Made by a program: the position numbers and the translations under genes
Assembly: GCA_965218795.1 (NCBI GenBank)
Contig: OZ244653.1
Coordinates: forward strand, 2,496,001 to 2,560,000
DNA: 64,000 bases
Reading direction: 5' to 3'
Source of the DNA: a bacterium
GTDB taxonomy: Bacteria > UBA8248 > JACPRG01 > G963555815
The notes under the pieces: model-generated
The model's input: the letters and a program-made list of their open reading frames with translations, nothing else
Databases searched by the model: none
What the model was told of the DNA's origin: nothing
Shown: piece by piece, positions 10,510-20,721 of the stretch
Numbering within the stretch: the stretch's first letter is position 1
How the letters are laid out: every line of letters begins with the position of its first letter

Positions 10510-10545
10510 GTGATAGTGATAAGGACGCAAACGAAAAAAGCGCCG

Positions 10546-10656
10546 ATGCCGGAGCCAATTCCCGACACGCCCGAGAACGTGGCGAAGGCGATCCTGAATT
10601 CGCCGCCCAAGAAACGGGAAGACTGGGACGACTTGAAGCAATCGCCTCGCCAATAA
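10546..10656 (+). CDS. Small hypothetical peptide MPEPIPDTPENVAKAILNSPPKKREDWDDLKQSPRQ
   Basis: Read directly from the sequence, below the ORF-track cutoff; resembles short PEPIPDTPEN peptides I recall near IS1595-like element ends (unverified). Confidence 0.45.
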   Translation: MPEPIPDTPENVAKAILNSPPKKREDWDDLKQSPRQ

Positions 10657-10710
10657 CGTGCGCGATCACGCCTCTCGTCCGCGACACCCTGCATAGGCGG
10701 CGGCTTGGGC

Positions 10711-10729
10711 GCTATTGCATATAATTCCC
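10711..10729. mobile_element. Possible solitary IS1595-like terminal inverted repeat
   Basis: gctattgcatataattccc (reverse complement GGGAATTATATGC...) closes the AT-rich island and starts like the MITE end at 57677 (GGGAATGATACGC). Confidence 0.35.
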
Positions 10730-10764
10730 ATTCAACACCAGGAGAAAACTGAAAGGAAAATCGA

Positions 10765-11634
10765 TCAAGTCAGCCGCTGGCGGAGGTAAAAGGAGAGATA
10801 ATCCACGGCCGTGACCAGGATGAAGATAACGGAAATCAGCACCAAAAGCTGGTTTTGAAGGAAAAGGTGGATGGCGATGTGAAGCTTCAGCCCGATTCCG
10901 CCGGCCCCGATGATTCCCAGGATCGTCGCCGTTCGAATGTTGACCTCCCACCGATACAGCGTGTAAGCGAGTAATTGGGGGAAAGCCTGCGGAAGAACCC
11001 CATACAAAAAGATGGCCATCCGGCTTGCCCCGGTCGTCTGAAGGGATTCGACGGGTTGCGGATCGACGTTTTCCAACACTTCGGCGTAGAGCTTCCCGAG
11101 GACTCCTCCATTGTGCAGCCCGAGCGCCAACACGCCCGCGAATGGGCCCAAGCCGACGGCGAAGATAAAGATAATGGCCAGAACGACTTCCGGAATGGAC
11201 CGGAAGACGACCATGGTCATCCGAGCGGCCCAATACCCGCCGTAACGGAGCCATCCGGTCCAGGCAGCCCCTCTCTCCCGCTCGAAGAGCACCCCCCGAT
11301 ACATCAGATTTTCGGAGGAAAATCCCATCAGGACGAAGGCGATGACGACGGACAGAAGCGTTCCCATGATGGAAATGGCCAGCGTCTGAACCGCCGCCCA
11401 GACGGCCTCGCGGAGAAACGTCAGGCTGGTTTCAGGCGGCCAGAGACCCGCCACGAATTTCGCCATCTGGGACCGGCCTTCCGCCCCCAGCAGCTCGGCG
11501 AAATCAGCCTCCACCCCGTTGTAGCTCCAAACCAGGATGGCTGCGAGCAGAAACCCGCCGCCCCAGCTTCGCCACGAAGAGCGGGGCCGATGTCCAACGA
11601 AAGATTGGCCGGACAACGTTGTTGGAGGACTCAC
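10765..11634 (-). CDS. phnE: Phosphonate-type ABC permease
   Basis: RSIPEVV, VGLGPFAGVLAL, LGKLYAE, YRWEVNIR.ATILGIIGAGGIG; GTG start overlaps the upstream stop. Confidence 0.92.
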   Translation of the reverse strand: MSPPTTLSGQSFVGHRPRSSWRSWGGGFLLAAILVWSYNGVEADFAELLGAEGRSQMAKFVAGLWPPETSLTFLREAVWAAVQTLAISIMGTLLSVVIAFVLMGFSSENLMYRGVLFERERGAAWTGWLRYGGYWAARMTMVVFRSIPEVVLAIIFIFAVGLGPFAGVLALGLHNGGVLGKLYAEVLENVDPQPVESLQTTGASRMAIFLYGVLPQAFPQLLAYTLYRWEVNIRTATILGIIGAGGIGLKLHIAIHLFLQNQLLVLISVIFILVTAVDYLSFYLRQRLT

Positions 11635-12512
11635 AGCACCCGCCTCCGGACGTAGGCGCACAGACGGTCCACCAGCGTCACCATGATCAGCAGGATCAGG
11701 ATAAGGGTCAGGGTCTCCCGCTGGTTGAACATCCGCATCGAGATCTCGATCTGCTGGCCGATTCCTCCAGCCCCCACGAAACCCAGGATGGCGGCCGCCC
11801 GGATGGCGCATTCCCATCGATACAGCGCATAAGTCGTCAGGTTGGGAAGAGTCTCGGGCAGGAAGCCATACAGGAACGTCTTGAACCGGGAGGCGCCCGT
11901 CGCCTGAAGGGCCTCGATCGGCTGCGGGTTGACCCCTTCAAAAATCTCGGCAAAGACCTTGCCCAAAATTCCTCCGTAAGCGACGCCGATGGCCAATACC
12001 CCCGGAAATGGTCCGAGCCCGACCGCCCGAACGAAGATCAGCGCCCAGACGAATTCCGGCACCGCCCGGAAGACGTTCAAAACGGCTCTCGCCAGGAAAT
12101 AGGGAGCGGACCGAACGGCCCGCAGCGCCGGCCGGCCCTCGGTCTCCACGTCGTGGAGCACGCCGGTGAAGGAAAGATTGCTTGCGGCAAAGACCGCCAG
12201 GGGGAACCCGATGACAACGGCGAGCGCCGTCCCCAGAACGGAGATTTGAATCGTCTCAATGGCGGGGATGATGGTGAATCCGAGGAATTCCGCCGAAAGG
12301 TCGGGGGGGAACATCTCAGTGATGAACGAGATGAACTTCTCCCGCCCCTCGCCTAGAAAAAACTCCAGCGGACGAACCTCGGCGATTCGCCAACTGACGA
12401 CGACGGCTGCAAGGAAAACAAAGAACGCGATGAATTGAAATGCCGACCGAGGAGGCCTTTGGTCAATGGCCGCCGTAGACGCGGATGGGCTCACGCTCGG
12501 GAACAGCGGCAA
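11631..12512 (-). CDS. phnE: Phosphonate-type ABC permease
   Basis: FPPDLS, RAVPEFVWALIF, GLGPFPGVLA, YRWECAIRAAAILGFVGAGGIG. Confidence 0.92.
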   Translation of the reverse strand: MPLFPSVSPSASTAAIDQRPPRSAFQFIAFFVFLAAVVVSWRIAEVRPLEFFLGEGREKFISFITEMFPPDLSAEFLGFTIIPAIETIQISVLGTALAVVIGFPLAVFAASNLSFTGVLHDVETEGRPALRAVRSAPYFLARAVLNVFRAVPEFVWALIFVRAVGLGPFPGVLAIGVAYGGILGKVFAEIFEGVNPQPIEALQATGASRFKTFLYGFLPETLPNLTTYALYRWECAIRAAAILGFVGAGGIGQQIEISMRMFNQRETLTLILILLIMVTLVDRLCAYVRRRVL

Positions 12513-13296
12513 GCGATTCGAAGTCGCGCCGCGCCTCTTCCATTTTCGGTGGATACAGCCGATCGAGGTCGTCCGGGCTGACGTCCTCCGGCCGCCGATC
12601 GAACAGAATTCTTCCCTGATGAATCCCGATCACTCTGGGGAAATTGGCCAAGGCGAGTTCGACGCCGTGCAGGTTCATCGCCAGGGTCCTGTTCCCTTCC
12701 TCGCTCAAGCGAACCAAGAGCTTCACGATACCTTCGGCCAGTGCAGGATCAACCGAGGAAACGGGCTCGTCGGCCAGAATGACCGCGGGATCCTGAACGA
12801 GCACCCGGGCAATGGCCACCCGCTGGCGCTCCCCCCCGGACACCTCATCCGTCCGGGAAAAGAGCTTCTCGGGTATCCCGACCCGCGCCAGGACGTCGCC
12901 CGCCGTTTTCAGCTCGGTCGGATAGATCAGCGAGCGCAGGGCGTGCGCTACGCCCCACCCGCCGAGCCGCCCGGCCAGGACATTGTGAACCACCCGGAGC
13001 CGGCCCACCAGATTGTGATGCTGGTAAACGGTGCCGATCTTCCGCCGGGTCTCCCGAAGGGCCCGCCCCCGCAATCGTCCCACGTCTCTGCCGGCGATTC
13101 GATACTCGCCGCTTGTCGGTTTCAGTGTGCAGTTCAGCACCCGGAAGAGGGTTGTCTTGCCGGCGCCGCTCGGCCCGATGAAGGCGACGCGCTCGCCCGG
13201 ACGGATCTCCAGATCCATTCCATCCAGGGCGGGCTCCCCGGTCTTGAACCGCTTCGTCACGCCTCGCAGAGAAAACATGGAAGTCTCAGGCAGCAT
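12463..13296 (-). CDS. phnC: Phosphonate-type ABC ATP-binding protein
   Basis: GPSGAGKTT, VVHNVLAGRLG, SGGERQRVAIAR, LADEPVSSVDP. Confidence 0.92.
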   Translation of the reverse strand: MLPETSMFSLRGVTKRFKTGEPALDGMDLEIRPGERVAFIGPSGAGKTTLFRVLNCTLKPTSGEYRIAGRDVGRLRGRALRETRRKIGTVYQHHNLVGRLRVVHNVLAGRLGGWGVAHALRSLIYPTELKTAGDVLARVGIPEKLFSRTDEVSGGERQRVAIARVLVQDPAVILADEPVSSVDPALAEGIVKLLVRLSEEGNRTLAMNLHGVELALANFPRVIGIHQGRILFDRRPEDVSPDDLDRLYPPKMEEARRDFESLAAVPEREPIRVYGGH

Positions 13297-13473
13297 CGGA
13301 TTTCTCTTTCGGGACCCTTTTTGGAGTGGCAACGTGCCTCTGCGATTTCGCGGCGCCCATATCGCGCCTCAACCGGGCTTTAGAAAGGAACCGAGTGTGA
13401 TCTTGCCCTGCCGCCCGGCGAAAACAGAGCAGACCGCACCTGCCCACTCAAGTCTGGTTCCCCTGCAACCCCT

Positions 13474-14346
13474 CTAATTCTTCAGAAGCTTCGCGTCCCT
13501 GGCGGCGGTCTCGATCCCGATGAAGTCGTTCTCACGGGCCAACAGATAGCCCTTGGCCCGCTGGAGGTTCATGATCTTCCGGTGATCGGGATTGTTGTAA
13601 TCGAGATTCAGGAAGGCGCGGGCGATTTTGGTCATTAATTGCCGATCGAGATCCCCGCGGGCCGTCCAGTTATAGTTGACATATCCCGGCGTCGTCCAGA
13701 TGACCTTCACTTTGCTGGTGTCGACCTTGCCGCTCTTGACGAGTTTGTTCCAAACCGCCTCGTTGAGAGCGCCCGCCTGAACGCGGCCCGCTTCCACCCA
13801 TTTGACCGTGGCGTCGTGAGCACCGCTGAAGCTGAACTTGCTGAAATCGCGCTCGGGAATCAGCCCACTCTTGCCCAGGAAGTAACGGGGCATCAGATGG
13901 CCGGAGGTAGAGCTCACGCTCCCGAATGCGAACGTCTTGCCCTTCAGGTCTTTGAGACCGTTAACGCCTGAGTCCTTGTGCGCGATGAACTTGCTGTGAA
14001 AATTGGCGTCGGAGATCCGCATGACGAGCGGAACGGCGTTACCGGTTCGCCTGCGGGCCTGAACGTGCGTGAAGCCTCCGTACCAAGCCAGATCCACCTT
14101 TCGTGCCGCCAGGGCTTCCACAGTCGCGGCGTAATCCACAACCGGGAAGAACTTCACCTTCATGCCGATCTGATTTTCCAGGTATTGGACCAGCGGCTTG
14201 CTCTTCCGCTGGAGTTCGGTGGGCGCCTCGTCCGGAATGGCCGTGACACGCAGGACTTTCGGCGCATCCGCGAAGGCCTCCTGGGCGAACAACGCAAAAA
14301 GGCCGGCGAACAGAAGAAATTTTGTCGGGCGCAGCACTCGCTCCAT
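13474..14346 (-). CDS. PhnD-family binding protein, resembling the 'putative selenate ABC transporter' subfamily
   Basis: AIPDEAPTEL, DYAATVEA, LAWYGGFTHVQAR, FGSVSSTSGHLMPR, FSGAHDAT, GALNEAVW. Confidence 0.85.
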   Translation of the reverse strand: MERVLRPTKFLLFAGLFALFAQEAFADAPKVLRVTAIPDEAPTELQRKSKPLVQYLENQIGMKVKFFPVVDYAATVEALAARKVDLAWYGGFTHVQARRRTGNAVPLVMRISDANFHSKFIAHKDSGVNGLKDLKGKTFAFGSVSSTSGHLMPRYFLGKSGLIPERDFSKFSFSGAHDATVKWVEAGRVQAGALNEAVWNKLVKSGKVDTSKVKVIWTTPGYVNYNWTARGDLDRQLMTKIARAFLNLDYNNPDHRKIMNLQRAKGYLLARENDFIGIETAARDAKLLKN

Positions 14347-14560
14347 CTTGAGATTTCCCCCCTCTCAATCAAGCATTCCAAATCAATGTGAACGGGTAAG
14401 AGAATTTCCCCTCAGCCCATCGACTGATGTGTCAACGATTCCCAGTCGCGATTCAGGAAGTCTGAACGAGACTTACATCAAATCTATCGATAGTACAAAT
14501 TTAAAATTCCTATGCTATTCAAGCCTGTCATTAGAAAAATCGATAGGGCCTGTCTCAGCT

Positions 14561-15613
14561 TCACACTTTGAAACGAAACAGGATGACGTCGCCCTCTTGG
14601 ACGGTGTATTCCTTGCCCTCCTGTCTCAGGCGGCCTTGTGTACGGGCCTCCGGCCAGGAGCCGGCACTGATCAGGTCATCATAAGAAATCGTCTCTGCCC
14701 GAATGAATCCCCGCTCGATGTCTGAATGGACGGTCCCGGCGGCCCTTAGGGCGAACGAGCCCTTCCGGATCGGCCAGGCTCGGCTTTCCGTCTCGTTCAT
14801 CGTGAGAAAGGTGATGAGGCCCAGGAGGTCATAACTCATGGGTATGATGCGGTCACGGGAGAACGATTCCACTCCCATCTCCCTGGCGAACTCACCCGCC
14901 TCATCGCCCATGGACAGGATTTCGGCTTCCAACTCTGCGCAGAAGGACGTCCAGGCGATCTTCGGCTGCTTGAACCCGCTCTCTTGCTCCGGCGGAAGAT
15001 CGAATTTCCGGCTCTCCTCTCCCGTGTTGAAGACGACGAGCAGGGGCTTGCCGCTCAGAAAGGCATACCCGCGAAGCATCTTATCCTCTTCTTCGATGAA
15101 TTCGAGCACCCGGATAGGCTTTTCGGCCTCCAGCGCCTCCCGGCACCGGATCAGGAGGTCACGCTCGGGAAGCAACTCCTTCGTCCCTTTTTGAATGTCG
15201 ACATTAAGCCGCTCCAGCCGGCCTTCGACCACCTGAAGGTCGGCCACCATCAGATCCGCGTGAACGGATTCCCACTCGGCTACCGCATCCGGAACCGGCG
15301 CCCCGGGACCCTCGGGAAAAGCGCGGATGACGAGAAGAACGGCGTCGGCGTCGCGCACCCCGGCCAGAAACTGATCGTCCATCTGCCGGCCGCCCTCGCC
15401 CAAGGCCCCCAGGTCGACGTACTCGATCGCGGCGTAGCCCTTTTTCTTGGAGGAAGCCATCTCGGCCAGCCGGTCGACGCGTCCGTCCTCGAGATGGACG
15501 ACGCGATGCGTTCCGGCCCGCCCACCGGCGTGAAGGTCCACCCCGGCGCCGGTCAAGGCATTGAACACGGTCGTCTTACCACTTCCGGGTAGACCGATCA
15601 GAGCGATCTTCAA
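14561..15613 (-). CDS. ychF: YchF-like Obg-family ATPase
   Basis: GLPGSGKTTVFNALT, FLSGKPLL, AAGTVHSDIERGFIRAE, RQEGKEYTVQEGDVILFRF; TTG start after GAGG. Confidence 0.9.
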   Translation of the reverse strand: MKIALIGLPGSGKTTVFNALTGAGVDLHAGGRAGTHRVVHLEDGRVDRLAEMASSKKKGYAAIEYVDLGALGEGGRQMDDQFLAGVRDADAVLLVIRAFPEGPGAPVPDAVAEWESVHADLMVADLQVVEGRLERLNVDIQKGTKELLPERDLLIRCREALEAEKPIRVLEFIEEEDKMLRGYAFLSGKPLLVVFNTGEESRKFDLPPEQESGFKQPKIAWTSFCAELEAEILSMGDEAGEFAREMGVESFSRDRIIPMSYDLLGLITFLTMNETESRAWPIRKGSFALRAAGTVHSDIERGFIRAETISYDDLISAGSWPEARTQGRLRQEGKEYTVQEGDVILFRFKV

Positions 15614-15865
15614 TGGATTTCCTCGGATTTCCCGAATCCATGGATGATGGAGGGCATTTCGATCGGGGGCTTCTTTGGAAACAATACGCTTTCGCGATCT
15701 CGCGGTGCCCATGGGGCGCCGCTGCCGGGCTGTATGATGGAATCAAAAATCAATAACCCTCGCGCCCGGCGAATTTGGTGCAGGCCCCGCCTGCCCCCAA
15801 GATGTCTAAAGATAATCTCCTCTTTTCCCTTCCACGAGCAGGAAACCCATCAAGGCTTCCCCCCT

Positions 15866-16312
15866 TCAATATCGGCCGCTGAAGTAATCATCCAAAATCT
15901 GCGGGTGGTCGAAGCAGATGGACGAAGGCAAATTGTCCCGTGTGAACACGCCCACGCCTTTGGCGTCCGAGCCGGGCGTCGGCGTGCGGGGTCCCTGTCC
16001 CCAGACGCGGGCGATGAAGACGACTGTGATGTTGTGCTGGCGGGTGTCGCGCTTGGGATCGGAATAGGCGTGGAATTGGCGGACGAGCTCGACGATCAGC
16101 CCCGTCTCTTCTCTGGCCTCTCGGACGGCGGCATTCTCGAGGGATTCACCGTAATCCACATAGCCGCCGGGAATCGCCCAGCCGCGGGGAGGGTTCTCGC
16201 GCTCGATCAGGAGGACGGCGGGTCCCGCCTCCGGGGGTCCCGTGTCTTCCACCTCAATAATGACATCCACGGTCGGAAACGGATTTATGGGATGCTCGGG
16301 GGCGTCGTTCAT
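15866..16312 (-). CDS. NUDIX hydrolase
   Basis: Nudix box [24 protein letters not shown]; YSDPKRD; FDH. Confidence 0.95.
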   Translation of the reverse strand: MNDAPEHPINPFPTVDVIIEVEDTGPPEAGPAVLLIERENPPRGWAIPGGYVDYGESLENAAVREAREETGLIVELVRQFHAYSDPKRDTRQHNITVVFIARVWGQGPRTPTPGSDAKGVGVFTRDNLPSSICFDHPQILDDYFSGRY

Positions 16313-16427
16313 CGTGCTCTCCTTGAGGCGTAGACGGCATTCTTGGAAGCGACCAACCCGATGCCCCCCAAACTACTGATAGGATAGATTCACGGTGGCA
16401 TGAATGCCAATTTCAGGAGGAGATTCG

Positions 16428-17237
16428 ATGGGGTTCGGTCGATGCGGACAGATAGGGTTTCCGGCCACACTTGCGCTGCTCCTTGCCATGAGTCTCCCCG
16501 GAACGGAGGCGGCCGAATCGGAGCCAACCCCCGTTTCCCGGTTTCCGATCCACCTCATGAACGGGAAGACCGGCGAGGCCGCCCGGCGGGTCTTGAAGGA
16601 CCATACTCTTTTCCGCGAGCGAAAATCGGCCTTCCGAAGCACGTCGAAGGTGTACGACTACCTTTTCAAGCGACTGCCGTTGGCCACCGACATGCTCCGT
16701 GTCCTCGAATTCTGAGGAAAGTATCAGATCGGCCATGGACCGGACGGCTCCTATACGATCGACTCGGGGACCGGCGTGAAGGGAAAATTTTGGATCCTCC
16801 ACGACGCCGATGGGCAAAAAATTCTTTACGGCGAAGGCGGATACTCGGGTTGGCTTATTCGCAACCTGGGCGGGCGCGCGACGGTTTCCGTGGCCTACAA
16901 GCCTGTTCAGGGAAAAGACGGTCTCGTTATGAAGAACCACATCATGGTGTTCGTCAAGATCGACAACGTGGTGGTGGATTTTCTGGTCAAGGCGCTGGAT
17001 TGGGCGATTCGCATCGTGGTCCGGAGTCAGGTGAATCAAGCCTCTTCATCCACGCGGAAGCTGGCTGAGGCCATCGCGCGGGAGCCCGGGAAGGTTTACG
17101 AAAAACTGCGCAAAAGTTCGGTCATCCCCCGGCCCTCCCTCAACGAGTTTCGGGCTCTGTTCCCGGGAGAAGATACCGCCTTCAGCTTCCCGTACCGGGC
17201 GCCGCGTGCTCCACGGCCGGCAACGGCTCACTCCTAG
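16428..17237 (+). pseudogene. Exported hypothetical protein interrupted by one in-frame TGA (16713-16715)
   Basis: ORFs 16404-16715 and 16776-17237 share a frame: ...RVLEF*GKYQIGHGPDG...; signal-peptide-like N-terminus. Confidence 0.7.
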
Positions 17238-18408
17238 ATCGGGCCTGGCTGGGCAGGCGAAAACTCAGCCAGGCGGCGATAAGCGAGGAGACCGTCACAA
17301 TCGTCAGGGTCGACTGAATCCCAAACTGATCGCCGAGCGCGCCTACGGCGATCAGCGCCAGGCTGCCTGTCCCGAAGGCCCCGCCCATCATCAGGCTGGA
17401 GACCAGGCCCGACTGGCCCGGGTGCATCTCCTGCGCCATGACCAGGTTCAGCGGACCCGACAGCATGAGGGTGATCCCTCCCAATACCATGAAGACTATG
17501 GAGATCCACCCTCGGGTGATCAGGAAGAGCGCGAGGCAGACGGAACCCAGCACCAGAGTGCTCCAAAGGAGACGCCGCCGGTCGAACCGGTCCCCCAGGT
17601 ACCCCCCCAGGAGCCCCCCGATCCCGCCTCCAATCAGATAACCGGAGACGGCCATGCCCCCCATCCAGTCGGATACATCCCGGGTCTTCATCAGGATGGG
17701 GATAAAGCCGGCGAAGGAGTTGTTCGTCACCGCGCGCAGGACGACGATCGTCCAGAGCAAAGAGATGGAGGGCAGGAGGCCCATCATGGATCCGAGAGGG
17801 GACGGAGGTTGAGCTTCTTTTGGCGCCCGTTCTTCCCGGACCGAGCCAAACTTGAAAAGCAATACTGAGATGACCAGCCCCGGGATCATGGAGATGTACG
17901 AATTTTGCAGCCCGAAAGCCGCGATGACGCCCAGGATCTCCAAGGGCCCGAGAGCCATGCCCAAGAAACCGCTCATTAAAAATATTGAAACGACCAAGCT
18001 GCTCCGCCGTCCTCCCGCCCGCCGGGCGAGGTCAGCCGCCGGGGGATGAAACGCCGCGGCCCCCACCCCACCCATGATCACCCACGGGAGCATCAGCTCG
18101 AAGGAGGGCAGGGCTCCCACTGAACCGATGAAGAGCGCGGTCACCAGCGGACCGCCGGCCAGCAGCCACCGTCCGCCCTTGCGGTCTGTCAGCCATCCGA
18201 ACACCGGCTGGCCGAAATTCGTGACCGTGAAAAACGCAGTGACCAGCCCGCCCGCTTCGGCAAGGGAGAGATCCCAGCGCGCAATGAAGTACGGCAGGAG
18301 AACGGCGATGAATCCCCCGTACGTATCCGTGATGAGGTGCGCAGCCGTCAGCAGGACGGCCCTCCTCATCTGGACGGCGCCCGCGGGATCGCTGTCAGGG
18401 CCTTTCAT
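17182..18408 (-). CDS. MFS transporter (Fsr-like)
   Basis: HLITDTY, QPVFGWLTDRKG, AAFHP, GGYLGDRFDRR; many TM segments. Confidence 0.93.
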   Translation of the reverse strand: MKGPDSDPAGAVQMRRAVLLTAAHLITDTYGGFIAVLLPYFIARWDLSLAEAGGLVTAFFTVTNFGQPVFGWLTDRKGGRWLLAGGPLVTALFIGSVGALPSFELMLPWVIMGGVGAAAFHPPAADLARRAGGRRSSLVVSIFLMSGFLGMALGPLEILGVIAAFGLQNSYISMIPGLVISVLLFKFGSVREERAPKEAQPPSPLGSMMGLLPSISLLWTIVVLRAVTNNSFAGFIPILMKTRDVSDWMGGMAVSGYLIGGGIGGLLGGYLGDRFDRRRLLWSTLVLGSVCLALFLITRGWISIVFMVLGGITLMLSGPLNLVMAQEMHPGQSGLVSSLMMGGAFGTGSLALIAVGALGDQFGIQSTLTIVTVSSLIAAWLSFRLPSQARSRSEPLPAVEHAAPGTGS

Positions 18409-18461
18409 GAAGGATCCTCATTGAAATCGCTCAGAAAAATGCCGGATGGATCCTCGAACCC

Positions 18462-19652
18462 CTATGCGCTCATCACGCCCGGATCGGGAACCTCTTTTCC
18501 CGCGTATACATGCTCTCGCGGCACCAGGACGCCCAGGCACGCGCAGATGAGCGGAGCAGCGATCACGCCGGTCAGCGTGATCGGGATCCCCACCCAATCG
18601 GCCGCGGCGCCGACACCGATAATCGCAAGGCTTCCCACGCCGTAGGCGAATCCCATCAACAGGCTGGCCAGAAAATTCGCGTGGGCCGGAAACATCTCTT
18701 GGGCCACGACGATATTAATCGGTCCGGATATCATCAGGAAGAATCCCCCGATGACGAGGAAAGCGATTGAAAGCACCCCTGCCGTGGCGACGAATACGCC
18801 GAGACAGGCCGCCGCCGCCAGCATGGTGACCACAATGAGGGTCCGACGGTTGAAGTGATCGGAAAGATACCCTCCAACGACGCCTCCCACGGCTCCGGCA
18901 GTCATGAAGATAGACAGCGCCAAGCCCCACGCCCAGACGGATGACCCGGAGGATTCCAACATGAGCGGCAGGAAGGTGCCGATGGCCTGGTGCGTAAAGT
19001 TTCTCAGGGCGACGATGGCCCAAAGGCCGGAGAGCGGGCACACCGCCGGCATCAGATCGGAGATCGGAGGCCGCCGGACCGCAGCCGCACGCTCCCCCAT
19101 GAAGGCGTACTTCCAGAGAAAAACGGAAACGACCACGCCGGGGAGAATCGTCAGGTAAGCCGAACCCAGTCCGAACCGAGTCACGACGGCCAGAATCTCC
19201 AGGGGCCCCAGCGCGACCCCCAGGAACCCTGACATGAGAAAAATGGACATGACCAGGGACCTGCGGTGCCCGCCCACACGGTACGCCAGTCCGGCGGCCG
19301 GAGGATGGAACGCCGCCGACCCCAAGCCCCCCGCCACCACCCAGACCAGAGCCCATTCAAAGCTGGGCAAAAGGGCCACCGACCCGACGAAGCAGGCGAT
19401 GACGAGGGGCCCCCCCGCCAGAAAAGCTCTTGCGCACCGACGGTCCGATATCAAGCCGAACAGGGGCTGGGCGAAGTAGGTGGCCGCCAGCAGGGCGGTG
19501 GCGAGTGCGCCGGCCTCTGTCAGGGAAATTCCCCACAGGGGAACCAGGAACGGAAGCAGGACTGCGATGAAGCCAAGGTACGTATCGGTCGTGAGATGGG
19601 TCGTGCTTACCAGAGCCACCTGACCCACCTGCAAGCGTTCGGCGCCTTTCAC
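18462..19652 (-). CDS. MFS transporter (Fsr-like), tandem paralog
   Basis: HLTTDTY, QPLFGLISDR, AAFHP, GGYLSDHFNRR. Confidence 0.93.
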   Translation of the reverse strand: MKGAERLQVGQVALVSTTHLTTDTYLGFIAVLLPFLVPLWGISLTEAGALATALLAATYFAQPLFGLISDRRCARAFLAGGPLVIACFVGSVALLPSFEWALVWVVAGGLGSAAFHPPAAGLAYRVGGHRRSLVMSIFLMSGFLGVALGPLEILAVVTRFGLGSAYLTILPGVVVSVFLWKYAFMGERAAAVRRPPISDLMPAVCPLSGLWAIVALRNFTHQAIGTFLPLMLESSGSSVWAWGLALSIFMTAGAVGGVVGGYLSDHFNRRTLIVVTMLAAAACLGVFVATAGVLSIAFLVIGGFFLMISGPINIVVAQEMFPAHANFLASLLMGFAYGVGSLAIIGVGAAADWVGIPITLTGVIAAPLICACLGVLVPREHVYAGKEVPDPGVMSA

Positions 19653-19682
19653 GAAAATCCCTTGATCAAGAAGGGGACCGTC

Positions 19683-20711
19683 TCAGGGGAAGAGCGGCTC
19701 GCCGGAAGGGGTCAGCAGGGCGGGTCGCAAACGGGAGACGCGGCGGACGGCGTCCACCAGCAGGGCCACCGTGGCTTTATCCCCTTGAACCCCTTCCTGG
19801 AACCGGCAGGTCAGCGGCGGGTCGCCATCGATGATGACCTCATCGATGGACTTCACGCCCGCGACCGACATGATGATATGGAGAAGAATGTCTTCCCTTC
19901 CGTTGCGCCAACCCACGGCCTTCTGGTCGATCCCGGCCACCTGTCCCGGCTCCACGCGAACGTGATCGGTCTCCATGAGTGTCTCGGCCACTACCGGATC
20001 GAGAGTCATCTCGACCGAATCCAGCTCCCAGCCGAGACCGTGGGCGATGAGCCCGACCGATTCCCGGAATCCCGCGTGCCCGAGCCGTCCCTTTTTCTTT
20101 TCCTCTGCGAACCGGTCGACCGTCATTCCCGACCCGATCTTTTTTTGTAGCGGGCCCCTGCGCTGGGTCGCGTCCACCACCCGATGGGCCAGCACGCGGT
20201 CGACCCGCAGGCAGCACCGGGCCACCTGCAGACAGATGTGGTCCATGACAAACCCCGGATTGACGCCCACGGGGAGAATAGCCCGATCCCGCGCGACGGC
20301 CTTCTCGTTGAGACGGCGGGCGACCTCGACCCCCGCGACGACGGGCGGATAGGCCAACTCTTCGGTGGAGGAAACGACATGGCAACCGTGATCGAGGATC
20401 TGGTGATATTGCGACTCCACGTCGGTCAGCCACGAGGAGGTGGTGTGGACGACGACCTCGGGCGAGACCTCTTCAAGCACCTTGTCCGCATCGGGACGCA
20501 TGATCACCTCGGAGGCCGAGGGGTCACCCAGCAGTTCGCCGACCGTCTTCCCGATCTTGCCGGGATCGATGTCGATGGCGCCCACCAATTCCAAATCGGG
20601 CTGAGTCAGAAGGTGCCGGGCCGTTGCCTGCCCGATGGGGCCCAGGCCGTACGAAACTACGCGAATCGCTCGATGGTTGGTCAAGTTTCCGGTTCTCCCT
20701 GTCTCCGGCAA
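19683..20711 (-). CDS. DapB-related NAD(P)-dependent amine dehydrogenase (2,4-diaminopentanoate dehydrogenase-like family)
   Basis: Rossmann YGLGPIG, VVSSTEELAYP, GVNPGFVMD, RRVVDAT-like HRVVDATQRRGPLQKKIG, GDKAT. Confidence 0.82.
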   Translation of the reverse strand: MPETGRTGNLTNHRAIRVVSYGLGPIGQATARHLLTQPDLELVGAIDIDPGKIGKTVGELLGDPSASEVIMRPDADKVLEEVSPEVVVHTTSSWLTDVESQYHQILDHGCHVVSSTEELAYPPVVAGVEVARRLNEKAVARDRAILPVGVNPGFVMDHICLQVARCCLRVDRVLAHRVVDATQRRGPLQKKIGSGMTVDRFAEEKKKGRLGHAGFRESVGLIAHGLGWELDSVEMTLDPVVAETLMETDHVRVEPGQVAGIDQKAVGWRNGREDILLHIIMSVAGVKSIDEVIIDGDPPLTCRFQEGVQGDKATVALLVDAVRRVSRLRPALLTPSGEPLFP

Positions 20712-20721
20712 ATCGTTTCCG

